Shown: positions 12,970 to 24,559 of the stretch, piece after piece
Layout of the letters: every line of letters starts with the position of its first letter
How positions within the stretch are numbered: the first letter of the stretch is position 1
NCBI GenBank assembly: GCA_030704615.1
Contig: CM060732.1
Span: forward strand, 34,968,001 to 35,032,000
Direction: 5' to 3'
DNA from: Takakia lepidozioides
Taxonomy: Eukaryota > Plantae > Bryophyta
DNA: 64,000 bases
Program-made: the position numbers and the translations under genes
The notes under the pieces: model-generated
Seen by the model: only the letters and a program-made list of their open reading frames with translations
What the model was told of the DNA's origin: nothing
Database searches by the model: none

Positions 12970-13240
12970 AGCCACGTGGCGAGGTGCCACGGGTCAGGAA
13001 AACGAAACAAATGGGATGAGGGGAGGTGGTTTTGAACCCTTGACCTCTCCCATGTGGGTGCGCGTGGCGAGGTGCGACTGGCCAGTCGCGCCGCGCTTAC
13101 ACGTGGCGAGGCGCCACTGGCCTGTCGCGTTTTTTCAAGCATAATGCCATTTTATTTTTTTTTGGGGGGGGGGGGGGGGGGGGTGTGTGCTGGTGAGCGC
13201 CTATATAAACCATTCCCCCCTCCTTTTCTGATCACTTTTG
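12970..13240 (+). promoter_or_regulatory. Pol II promoter-like module: G-boxes, poly-G, TATA box, pyrimidine Inr
   Basis: CACGTGGC at ~12973 and ~13100, a long G run at ~13163-13183, TATATAAA at 13202, then CCATTCCCCCCTCC. Lies upstream of the kinase ATG. Confidence 0.55.
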
Positions 13241-13528
13241 CCCTTCTTGTGGTGTGGTTCCTTGGCATCCTGTAGTCTTTTCGGACTTCGTTGCTTGACA
13301 CTGCCAATGGGAGGTGCAAAGGTGATTATTTGGGGGGGGAGGTTTTGTCGGTTTTCTATTGGTCAGTCCCACACACTTGTTCACGGTACAATCATCGTAT
13401 CACCATTTTGCCATTTCCGAATCTCCGGCAGCCTGTTTTTTTGCAGAAAACTACGAAGACACCATCCATACGCGTTCATTGTCATTTTTCTGAGGTTTTG
13501 GACCCTGTAGTGGGCAAAGGTTTATACA

Positions 13529-14965
13529 ATGTCGAGGGTTGTGAATTCAAGTACTTGGGCGGGATCGTCTGGGGGGCGGAGGAAGAGAAAACGTGCCCAC
13601 GAGCGGGATAGCCAGGTCAACAAGCCAGACTACCCGGGACCGAATGCCTTGGATAGGGTGAAAGAAGTGGTAGCGGATTATTTCAAGGGTAGGGACATGA
13701 TGAGGCATGGATGGGAGGGGTTTCAGATTTTCCAGGAAAATATGGAGAGGAAAATGACAAACGCTTTGGCGGGGGCTAAGTGGACGATGAACAGGGACAA
13801 GCCGAAGTTCAATCGGATCCAAAGCAGGGCGAAAGACGCCACGTGGAATTTGAGGCAGCTAATGAAGACATGGAAGGGTAGAACAACCGATGGTCGAGTG
13901 CCCTCCACCGAAGCCGAGTTAATGCGGCGTGTTGAGTATTGGGCTTGCTCGGCAAGTCAGAATTCACATCGCCGGACTAGGGTTGTCCCTTGGAAGGCGG
14001 GGTCATCGGGCGGGGGAGGCACAACTGGTCTTTATTACCTGAACTCTAGTGTGAAGGTGGTACAGATTGGCCCTTACAAAGAAAAATGATATGTTAAGGT
14101 CCATCACTGTAGGATTGTTGGCGATTCTAGAATACCGGAGCATTGGGAGCTAGCGGGAAAAAAACCCAAGTCCAAAAATCCAGAAAAGACGTTGAGACAA
14201 CATAACGACAAGTGTTTGGCAGTGAAGTTCCAGCATCCGGGTGTTATCTCGTATTTTGCTGTGAATGCACGTGAGGTAGAGGGTTACACTCACTGGTGGA
14301 ATGGGGGGACAATACGCGACATGATGAACCTTGACAGAAAATGGGACAACGATTCGGACAACAAGGTGATTTTGGAACAAAGGGGAACGGAAGCAGAATT
14401 CCAGGAATGCAATCGTTTGCTTCATTTCCGGAAAGTGCGCAGTAAACTTGCATGGGCACTGGTGTGTATCATGGATGATGTCCACAAGATCGGTGTCCTG
14501 CACAACGACTTGTCCCCCGACAACATCTTGTTGCATTTTCCAGATGACACCGAGGAGATCAAGATTGGGGTGTGTGATTGGGGCTTAGCCACCCCATTGG
14601 GCATACGCAAAGCCTCGCCGTACCAGTTTGAAAACCAAAACAAGCTGGACCGAGAATTCGCGAAAAGATGATGGGTGGAAAAAGATAGTGCATCGGTTTT
14701 CAATTTGAATGTCACGCCCCCCAGGACATGACGTCGGAGGCCTTTGCCGTTGGGAAGATAGCGGTACGAATAAATGGCGGCCTTCATTATGATCCAGGAC
14801 CAATTTACGGGAGGTTGTTGGCATTCAATGCTACAAAGGTTGTACGACAACAACAAGAATGAGAGAGTCACATTAGCCCATGTAGTACTTCAGTTCATGG
14901 GCAAGCCATTCAATTGGCCTGAGCCGAAAGACGTATATAGGACAGAGTATACCATAGTCTCATAG
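13529..14965 (+). pseudogene. Ser/Thr protein kinase pseudogene (intronless CDS, stops and frameshifts)
   Basis: One frame from 13529 through in-frame TGAs at 14087 and 14669. Kinase motifs: degenerate G-loop (KEK*YVKV), LAGKK, QHPGVI, WWNGGT, catalytic loop HNDLSPDNILL, DWGLA, and SEAFAVG after a frameshift. Confidence 0.9.
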
Positions 14966-15032
14966 ATATGACATTTATGGCGGTACAATGGTTATTTTAT
15001 GAAGACATAATTCAATTTTGATCGTGCATGTA

Positions 15033-15565
15033 ATAAATAAAGTCTCATTGTAAATACTACATTGCATATGCTCAACCCTGGCACCTGTCATCGCAACATA
15101 AATGGTTTGTGTACTAGCTCACTGTTTATATTTGTAATGTTTCAAGGTTTCGGATAGGGTTATGAGAAAACGATGTATTAGTTCCGTAAGAGTTAGACAA
15201 CAAACGTCTCCTCTCATTCAACTGTGCGACACTACCATGAGAGGCATGGATCGGAAAGTAATAGGTGCACATGCGACCTCCGAATGTTTGATACTAAGTA
15301 TCTACTTAAACGTGCGGAGGTCGCATGTACACCTATTATTTTTTTATCCATGCCACTCATGGTAGTATCGCACAGTTGAATGAGATATGGAACATTTGTT
15401 GTCCAACTCCTATGGATCCAATATATCATTTTCTCAGTACCCTATCAGAAACATTGAAACATTCACAGTTACAAACAGTGCCACAATACACGGCCGGTTT
15501 TGTTGAAATGACATTTGTGAGGTTCGAGCGTATGCAATTTATTATTTATAACGGAATTTTATTTA
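15033..15565. repeat. Long imperfect inverted repeat (~265-bp arms, centre ~15298)
   Basis: For example CTCATTCAACTGTGCGACACTACCATGAG pairs with CTCATGGTAGTATCGCACAGTTGAATGAG, and TGTTTCAA pairs with TTGAAACA. Pairing continues to ATTGCATATGCTC / GAGCGTATGCAAT. Confidence 0.85.
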
Positions 15566-16297
15566 CTCGGGGGACCGGTACTGCTGTTGGAGCGCAACTG
15601 ATGGTGCGAGTTCTCTATTGATTGGAGCTGTCATAACCAATGTCAATAATCATATTTACGGTAAGGTGTTTCATGCTATTGTTGTTCGTCTAGCTGAATT
15701 CTGTAGTACTTATTCCCATGCCAACATCCTCTGAGACTGTCATGTTCAAACGGACGTATCAGCCACCCCAGCCAGCTTGCAGGCTGCAGCCATGGCCCAC
15801 CATAAATTGAATGAATTTGAGATTTTGTGCGAAGTTCATGGTTTAATGTCTGTGGTGGCTGATACGAAATTCGGAATATGACAGTCGCAGTGGATCTGAT
15901 GTTGTTGGCATGAGAGTAGCAAAACGATTCCTAAATAATTCTGCTACATGAACATCGGCAGTATGAAACACCTTGCAGTACATATGATTCTTGATATTGT
16001 TTGCACGGATTATTTGTGTTTGTGCTTTCAAGTGGCGAACATTTCCGCCATGGTGCGGAAAACGTGTATTGGTCACATTAAACGGTTGATGTGATATCAT
16101 TTCACAAATGTATCACATCGCATTTGTGAAAATGTATCACATGAACCGTTCCATGTGGCCTACGGAAGTCTTCAATGGGTACGAGATCAATGTGGCCTAC
16201 GAGATCTGCTTCCACCAACAAACATGTGATCATTTCAGAAGCGCTAGAACTTTGAAGCGACGATGGGCAAGGTTCTTCATCCAGATGTTCAACATGC

Positions 16298-16600
16298 TGA
16301 GGTCTTCTGTAATGTCTCTTGCTTCGTAATGAGGTGCTTCTCCAACTCTTATTTTTCCAATGTTAATATCTTCCATCTGGAACATATCCACACATGCGTA
16401 TATAACTTAAAAAACCAAATGACCATCAAAACTGGAAGCTGGGGATGAGGCTTATAAAAGTTGAGATGGTCATTTGTTTTTTAAGGATTTCTGTACACAT
16501 ATGTGGATCTGTTCCAGGTGGAGAATATTAACATATTGGATAAAGTGGACATGGAGAAGCACCGCATTACGAGGCATGAGACACTACAAAAAGAGCTTCA
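16298..16600. repeat. Second long imperfect inverted repeat (~140-bp arms)
   Basis: CGTAATGAGGTGCTTCTCCA pairs with TGGAGAAGCACCGCATTACG. CAAATGACCATC pairs with GATGGTCATTTG. Confidence 0.85.
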
Positions 16601-16610
16601 AATGACATAC

Positions 16611-17030
16611 CATGTAACAGGTCCTAGTATAATCGGAGACGAAACCCCGTTCATTCAATGGGCGATTGAATGGTTGCCCATCCAAATGATTTTCGTTTGC
16701 TTTCAATCTTTGCCACTATGTTCAACATACCATGTATAAGGTCCCGGACTAATATCAGATCAATCGAAATTCATTCGATGGCTCAACGGATGGTTGGCCA
16801 TCGAAATGATTTTGTTTCGCTTTGAGACATGGCCACTATGTTCAATGTGCCATGTAAGAGGCCCCAGAGTAATATGAGATCAATCGAAATTCGTTCAATG
16901 GGCCAACGGATGGTTGCCCATCCAAATGATTTTCGTTCACTTTGAAACTTGGCCAGTGTGTTCAATGTATCATCTGATATGTCCCAGTGTAATACGAGAT
17001 CAATAAAAAATCATTCAATTGTCCAATGAG
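16611..17030. repeat. 120-bp tandem repeat, ~3.5 copies
   Basis: Unit starts at 16611, 16731, 16851 and 16971. Core ATGGTTG.CCATC.AAATGATTTT.GTT. Confidence 0.9.
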
Positions 17031-17670
17031 GCGTTCACTTGTCATCTGGTTTTTTGTTCAATGCGAAAAAGAAATCATGCAATGCGTGCACGGCTATTGC
17101 ACCCATTGAACGGATGTGGTTGAAGCCCCTCTTTTGCCCGCATATGCGTGAACATGTGTGCGACACATGTGCGGAGACACAACAGACGAATAAATCATTT
17201 GCCTCCCCATCGACGCGCTCCCCCCTCAAGCCATTCCACAATTTAATTGAATTTAAATTTATTTTAAGCCAGTAAATAGGTTTGCACTGCTTTTCAGTGG
17301 GGGTTTCTGGCACGTATCAATTTTGTTTTTGGCTCAATTTTATTCTGCGGCTTCCAGCATCCCACGGCTACTCCCCCGCCAAAATTTGGACCAATAAAAA
17401 ATGCCCCCAAAAAAAAGTGTTATCTTCACTCACTCTTGCAGAACTTTTTATGAAGAGTGCATAAAGTAGAACACAAATCAAGTTTGGAGTGTAAAACAGG
17501 GAATAAACAGTGGTTTTGGGTCCAAATGAATTTTGATCGCTCCCAAATTTGGCACGCACGTTGCATATGGCTACATTACACGCCCCATTAAAAAACGGAA
17601 TGAAAAAAAAACGCGAGCACGCGAAACAGAGTCCAACAGGTCTCAAAGCAATAGCAGCTCCAACATAATA

Positions 17671-18026
17671 CATTCAACGGGTGAACGGATGGTTGCCCAT
17701 CCAAATCATTTTTGTTAGCTTCCAAACTTTGCCAGCACGTTCTAGACACCCTCTCACAGGTCCCAGACTAATATCAGATCAATCGAAATTCATTCAATGG
17801 CTCAACAGATGGTTGGCCATCGAAATGATTTTGGTTCGCTTTGAGACTTGGCCACTATGTTCAATGTGCCATGTAAGAGGCCCCAGAATATTATATCAAT
17901 CGAAATTTGTTCAGTGGGCCAACGGATGGTTGCCCATCCAAATGATTTTCGTTCGCTTTGAAACTTGGCCAGTGTGTTCAATGTACCCTCTGATACGTCC
18001 CAGTGTAATATGAGATCAATCGAAAT
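17671..18026. repeat. Second block of the same ~120-bp tandem repeat, ~3 copies
   Basis: Same core at ~17689, 17809 and 17926. Confidence 0.9.
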
Positions 18027-18460
18027 TATTTTGTGCTTTGAGAACTTTGTGGGTATGTTCGTAGAAAGATCATAGATTTTGCGAAATGATTATGAAATAC
18101 GCAGGGACCAGACGAAATTTGTTTGGAAGAGGACCGTTCGTAACTTGTTATAACTTATTTGTTACCATCAATTTTCCTTATTCTCCAGCTTTCGGAGTTC
18201 ATTGCAAATACCCATATACACGTCATGACCAAATATGACACCATTGTAAATTTGTTTACAGGGTGAACTACTTCTTCCCCATCACACGAGTGTAAATGTG
18301 AAGAAAACGCTGCTCATGCAATTGAAATTGGCAGGTGCCACACATGTGCATTGTGTATTAACAAAATTGGTGATATACAAACTTGGCGGAATGCCATCAC
18401 TGTGTTTTCCAACGATATTTAAGGTACAACAAAAATGCATATTGTATATGTACTATGCTG

Positions 18461-19415
18461 CTAGTCATTCAAAGCATAGTCATCACTGTCCGAGGATGTG
18501 GAATTTGATGTTGTGGCCTGATTTGCACTGCTAATTGCCAGAGCTTGCGACCGTGATCTCGTGGTCAATGAGGGGCCCAATGGCATGTGATCAATTCTGG
18601 CCTGCATCCGCCTATTTCGCGGCGAAAGTTGACTTTCTTCTTCACTCTCACGACGTGGCGGAGGTGGATCGAGAATAAGTGCTCGGGCTGCATGCAAATC
18701 GGCAACGAGGCCGTCCACATTCGGCAATACAGCCCCCGAAACACGATGATAACGGTCTATCCATAATCGCCTCCATTTCTTTACAACTGCCTTGATGGTA
18801 CTTTTGAAACTTTCCAGCTGCCTCTCGCGGGCCCTGTCCCTAATCATTGTGTCATTTCGAGGATAAGCCGCCTTGTACGCATCATTCATTCGGCGTTGAC
18901 ATATTATAGCATCATCCACCGTCTCTGTGCGTCCCTCGCTTACATGGGCATCTGTCATTTTCTCTTTCCTCCTGGCTAGCCTTCTATCTCGCCTGTTCTT
19001 TTGCCCTCTCACGGGCTTTCTGTTTCTTACTAGGGCTAGCAGCAGGGGAGCCCTCCAGGACGACCACCTTTGATTGAGGAGAACTGACATCCTCGCGCGC
19101 ACTGCTCACTCCCCCCTCCGCAGCCCGTGACGGCTCTCTCGCCGGGGATTGCATGTGCTTGGCTTTCTTCTTCTTCTTTGCGTGGGCGGGCCCTACTGCA
19201 TGTGCATCAACAACCTCCATTGCCGGATCTGCTGTCCTCACGTCCTCACGCCCTTCACCTGCCATGCCGCCTGCACCAACCTCCCCAATGTCTATTCTGT
19301 CGTACTCTCGCTGCAAGTCCTCCCGTCCACCAACAGAAGGTTTTAGTTTGCCCTCCCGCCCCAAGTTGGGCGATCCAAACATGCGATGAGTTGGAGCTGT
19401 CGATGATACCACCAA
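18461..19415 (-). pseudogene. Orphan gene (two overlapping frames), lysine-rich N-terminus and helical C-terminal domain
   Basis: ORFs 18984-19415 and 18461-19102 have protein-like composition and an NLS-like AKKKKKAK. No family recognised. Confidence 0.4.
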
Positions 19416-20341
19416 CGTGTCGGGCTCGTCGTCACTCTGTCATTCCCGAAAATCGTGAGAACCAACATCGGAATGAAAACCACCATCGCAAAGAGCAGCG
19501 CAATCACCATCGCAACAATCGTGGAACAACAATTAAAACAAAACCAAACCAAGTATGGAGTGGCATGGAACAACAATGAAAACAAATCCAACCAACGCCT
19601 AAGAATGACATGCACAAGCAGCCTTCTCAAGAGCTGCCGGCTTTGCACACGCATTGCAAACTATCTAAGGTTCACTCAACCGGTAACATGAAACACGATG
19701 AACAAATGAACACGAATTCCATAAGACGGGAAAACAGGGTGAAATGTTTTGAAGGCACTTCATCTGCTCAGACAATCTTCTCACCTCAGCATAGATTTCC
19801 TTAATTTTTAACCACTCTGACCTTGATCATTCTTCTCAACAGCTCCTGCTTTTGCGATGCAAACATACGCTTCCAGCGATGCCAGGCTGAAGATGCGAAA
19901 ACAAACCAAAAAACGAAGTAAACAACAAAGCGAAAGCGGAAGTGGCTTGCCTGGGAGTACTCGGCTTCAGTTGGCGAGGGTTGTGAGCAAGACACTGGAA
20001 TCTCCTGCTGGAGCTTAAGTTTGGCCATGCGAGAGGTTGGCCGTCGCCCGTAGTACAAAGCCTTCAATTTCCGCCGCGGTTTGGATGTGGGGTCTCTCTC
20101 AGGAGAGCCATGCCCTTCACGCGGCATAAGTCCCAGCAAAAGAAAAAAGATCTCAGTATTTTTGCGTACATGCCTCGAATAGAACTTCATCCAAGTTTAG
20201 CATCAGGTTTCCAAGACGTATCGAGGAAGCAAGCGCGGAATCCCTGTGTCGCCATCACGAATGAAAACCGACGGCGGAGGACATTTAATGCCCAACTACG
20301 CAATTAAATGTCGAATGAAGTATGACGCAACGAAGCCCGAG

Positions 20342-20717
20342 GCGCCGAATTTCCATCCGCTAGGTAAGTCGGAGCGCCGAATTTCCGTCATGCAGGTAAT
20401 TCGAAGACCGGATGGATAGAAATCCAGCGCCGAATTTCCGTCCGCCAGGTAAGTCGGGGCGCGGATGGATGGAAATCCAGCGCCGAATTTCCATCCTGCG
20501 GGTAATTCGGAGCGCGGATGGATGGAAATCCGGCGCCGATTTTCCATCCTGCAGGTAATTCGGAGCAAGGATGGATGGAAATCCAGCACCGAATTTCCAT
20601 CCGCCATGTAAGTCGGAGCGCGGATGGATTGAAATCCGGCGCCGAATTTCCGTCCTGCAGGTAAGTCGGAGCGCGGATGGATGGAAACCCGGTGCCGAAT
20701 TTCCATCCTGCGGGTAA
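20342..20717. repeat. 53-bp tandem repeat with internal inverted repeat, ~7 copies
   Basis: Units start at 20427, 20480, 20533, 20586, 20639 and 20692. Each has ATTTCC(A/G)TCC ... GGATGGAAAT dyad symmetry. Confidence 0.92.
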
Positions 20718-22367
20718 GGCCACTTTTACAGCCCCTATGTTACACCCCCAACCATTAACCCTCCTAACACCTGCCAAGACTTGCGACAAGTCCCTGTGTC
20801 TTTCCATTGCAATCTTGCTCTCAAGAATAGAGAGTGGGTGAGCACATGTAAAGATGATGCAAGCCATGCTCAAGCACTGCTGGAAAGAGCAGCGGACCAT
20901 GTGTGAAGCTATGTGTGGAGGAGTGTGGACCTTTAGGGAACACCCCAGTTGCCTTAGAACTCTTGGGTAGAGTACATGACGCATGTGCGAGGGTTTGTGT
21001 CCTGCTCGGGGAGGGTATGGAAGCCCGGACTTACCCATTTTGGGTAGGCAGACCCACCGCTTCACTGGAGTATAAGACAGATAAGTTCGTAGATTCACAC
21101 CCTTCTTTTTGGCACTTAGGAATCGTTGTTGTGAAATTTTGGTAGAGACTCTCAAAACTGAGAGCATGATGAAGATGGGAAAAAGACTTTGAGAAATGGA
21201 ATGGGGACTTTGGACTTCAAACAAGGATGGGGTGGAGATGGATGGATCTGATGCACATTGTCTGTAAGAGAGTTGAGTGAGGACAGATGTAGTTCACCAC
21301 AGTGACAGAATGATTGCTGTTTGTTTTGTCCTTTCTGCTCATTTGGCTTCAGTGTCATGAATCTGCACATAATGCTGCCTTGGGATTTGATGATTAGATA
21401 TAGTGCAAATCTAGCATAGTTGATGAGGGCACTAGTGAGGGTTAGCTGTAACCTCCTTGAAATCAGAGAGAGGATGATGTGGATGGGGTTGCAAACTGAC
21501 ATTGATGTGGAGTCTAGAACTGCTTCAGAGTGGTTCAGCATTGAACAGATGAGGTTCACATCTGAAAGGGCAAAAGAGAGTTGTTGGGGTGTTTAGTTGT
21601 AGACCTGTAGAAGGGTTGGGAACTGTTGGGCAAAACTGGGTTTCCCTTGGGGGCAAGCAGTGTGAAGGGTCTGTAATTGGGGAAGAGAAAGACTGATGAA
21701 AGAGCTGATCATGTCTTGTGTGACCAAAGTTGATTCCAAGGCTGGATGCACTGGATGTGTGGCTGAATGTGTCTTGCATTGCATTGTAGATAGGCTGATG
21801 TTGGAAGAAAATGAGGAACCTTTACACCAGGAAGGAGAGAGGGTTTGGGAAAGGAGAGAGCTGCCCAGTAAAAGGGGTAATGAGGGATGGTCAACTGGGA
21901 GATAAGAGGAAAAACCATGACATCTGCAGAGAACCACTAGGCCTGTAGTTCATGACAGATCTGAGCTGCCTTTCTCTCATCAGTGATCTCATTACAAAAA
22001 GGGGTTTTTCAAACGTGTGCTGCTCAAGGGAGATGCCCACATGGGTCGCATTTAGCTCCGTCATAGGGCTGGTTGCATCACTGAAAATATCACGGCAGCA
22101 CCGTTGGTGCTGCAAAATGTAGCAAGATTGTGTAAATCATGAACAAGGAGGACTCAATTCCCCATCCATGTTTTCTCTTCCACTGCGGAGTGGATGAGGA
22201 TTTATGAACTCTGATCATGAACGAAATGAGGGAAACCCACAACCGTGTGCCGCTGGTAGATCACTAGGTTGTCCTTTTTTCTTTTTTCTTTTTTCTTTTT
22301 TTACTAGGAATGAAGTACAGTTGGAATCACACAGAAGGGGATTTATGCCCCTTCTTTTCACACTACA
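20718..22367 (+). mobile_element. 5'-truncated diverged relative of the TGT..ACA element at 42362-44566
   Basis: Ends in GCCCCTTCTTTTCACACTACA exactly as at 44566. 21890-22367 is colinear with 44080-44566. The left boundary is uncertain. Confidence 0.7.
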
Positions 22368-23443
22368 GTAGGTGAGAGTTGTTGATCATCGGATTGTGGG
22401 AGGACAGCGGGACTAAGAGGGGACTTGGGGGGGGAGTCTGGGAGTAGTGGGGACGTGGTAGCTTGTTGTGTGGGAAGTTCTGAGTTTATGCAGTATATAG
22501 GGGGCATGGGCTGACCTATATACGGGAAGTAAATCTTGTGGACTATGTGGGAATAGCCAACAGGGAAAATCACAATCCAGGGTGCATGATGCAGTGGGGT
22601 GGCAAAATAAGGTGCGGAGGTAGAAGAGGAGCCGACAAGTCCTGGTTGTGGCTCTGGAGTATTTGATGGTGAAATCGCTAGGGGTGATGAGCCGAGTGCC
22701 GGTGGCAGTGGTAAGCTGGGTAAGGCTAGTGATATGTCGTTCCTTAAAATAGCTAAGGGTGGGAGTTTTTTTTGTTTAGGATGTGTGATCTCAAATTGGG
22801 AGAGAAATGGGCTAGAAACCCAAGCGTTTTCTAGTGGAAAGACCCCATTAGGATAGCATGGCAGGTTGGTTTGAAGACTGATATGCATTTGTCGCATAAT
22901 GAGAACCGACCTAGCGGTTGGGGATTGGCGACATGACTGTGGCTAAAGAGTTGGAAGGGAATGGAGACCATTGATTTTTGGCGCTAGGTGCTTGACGAGT
23001 CCGCGGTAGATGAGCCCCAAGTGCCCAGGGTCGTTAAGGGCCTCTTGTAATTGAGTACCAAGAGTATGGGCATATGAGGTGATAAGGGGGCTAGAACCTA
23101 GTATCCCATAACTGTCCGTGAAAAGTTGGGTAAGGGCGTTGGGGGTACTAGTAGGGAGTCCATAGATCTTTTTGGTAAGTTGGATAATGTGTTTGTCTAG
23201 CATACGGATGTCAGGGAGGGAGAAGGGGGTGGCGTGGAAGGCGTATTGGACCTGAGGTTGAAGTACCGATTTAGTGATTGCTAATTTAGGTCAAATTTGG
23301 ATTGGGGATTTGAGGAGGGCTAGGCTTCTGTTAGATAGCTTGGTAAGTGTAGTAGCTTTATGAATGTGCTAGTTGAGCCATGGGACAAGTTGGATGCCTA
23401 AGTATGTGTACGGTTCGTCGGGGCTTAAGAAGGGAAAGGGGCT
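22368..23443 (-). pseudogene. Non-LTR retrotransposon (LINE) fragment: RT C-terminus/thumb
   Basis: Translates to PDEPYTYLGIQL...QYAFHATPFSLPDIRMLDKHIIQLTKKIYGLPTSTPNALTQLFTDSYGILG, a typical LINE YLG motif and thumb region, with stops. Confidence 0.8.
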
Positions 23444-24334
23444 TGGTAACGACTAAGTGACATAGCTACGAGGGATGGGCAGTGGGAGTCACGATGGGAC
23501 ATAGCGGGTAGTGATTGGTTTACACTACCCGGCCACGGGCAGAAAAGGCTAAGTGTTCGGCACTTAGCAATAGTGGAACAAGGGTACACTACCACGGGAG
23601 CAGTAGTGGGTAGTGTAGCAGCCGTGGCCGTGAACCACGATACTACACGGCCACGGTAGCATAGGCTTTACGAGTAGAAAAGGTAGTGAAGGGCCGTGGG
23701 CCGTGTACCACGGCAGGCACACGAGCCACGAGCCACGACCACGGCCACGGGCCATTTTTTTGCAAACCTTTTAGATTGCGTAGGCAGTTAGACAACGGTC
23801 ATTAATGACCGCAGACTGTAAACGGCTCTTTCGAGCATAGTATAAAAGAACTACACGCAACTTAGAACGGATCAGTGTGTATCTAGTGGAATCAGAGTGA
23901 TTCGATGTGTACTTGTGTTATGATGTGAGGACTCTGAAGTAAAGCCATGCTATTCCAAGCATCTCGGTGTAGAGTGATTGTGAGATAGAGAGGATGTGCA
24001 TTATGAGAGAACGTGAGATAGTGAGAATGTGCATCATCTCAGAATAGCTCTTGGTTGTCTTGTATACTGTGTGGTTGTATGAACAAAGAGGCTTCCGCCT
24101 TTCCGACTAAGAACTTTTAGGCTAAAGGGATTGTAGGTCGGGCTTAATCAGTAAGATTAAGCAGCCTGCAGGGATGTTGATCCATACGATTGCCATGTTT
24201 TAGCTATCCTTAAAACAATTACTCTGTAATCGTTTCCGAAGGCATACCGTTGGACAACCTCTGTTGCATGTCTTGGGAAATGGGCAGTAGTGCTGAGAGC
24301 CTGTTTTGTCTAAGTCATAAACCAACGGTTAACA
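23444..24334 (+). mobile_element. LTR of a second family (B), ~890 bp
   Basis: Interrupts the LINE. Begins TG(G)TAAC and ends GTTAACA. Has CCACGG repeats and TATAAAAG at 23841, and is followed directly by a PBS. Confidence 0.75.
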
Positions 24335-24349
24335 TTTGGCGACCATACT
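24335..24349 (+). other. Primer-binding site TTTGGCGACCATACT (tRNA-Arg type)
   Basis: Directly after the LTR CA end. Identical to the first 15 nt of the family-A PBS. Confidence 0.75.
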
Positions 24350-24559
24350 CCCCACTAACGGTATGTTGAGTTCAAGTGAACTCAAGGAAGGATGGCTACT
24401 CAGTGATTTCTTGAAATCACGAAAGAACGAGTCAACGAAAGCAGAGGAATGGAAAGCATTCCTGGAAAAATTTATGGCTTACCAATAGCAATACAACATA
24501 AGATCTTTCTTTCAATTGTGAAAGAAGATGACAAATAGGAATTAAAGGGATGAATGATC

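Noticed and set aside
17039-17275. Cys-rich ORF resembling a zinc finger (CNAC..CPH..CDTC)
   Set aside because: Short, non-ATG start, lies between tandem repeats, and the ligand spacing matches no family I recognise.
20342-20717. CRISPR array, or a repeat-protein ORF (20296-20706, 20388-21224)
   Set aside because: The whole 53-bp unit repeats with no unique spacer. The period is not a multiple of 3, so the ORFs are by-products.
22361-22367. CACTA terminus at CACTACA (also at 44560)
   Set aside because: It is the 3' end of the TGTAGTG..CACTACA element and faces the wrong way for a CACTA TIR of that element.
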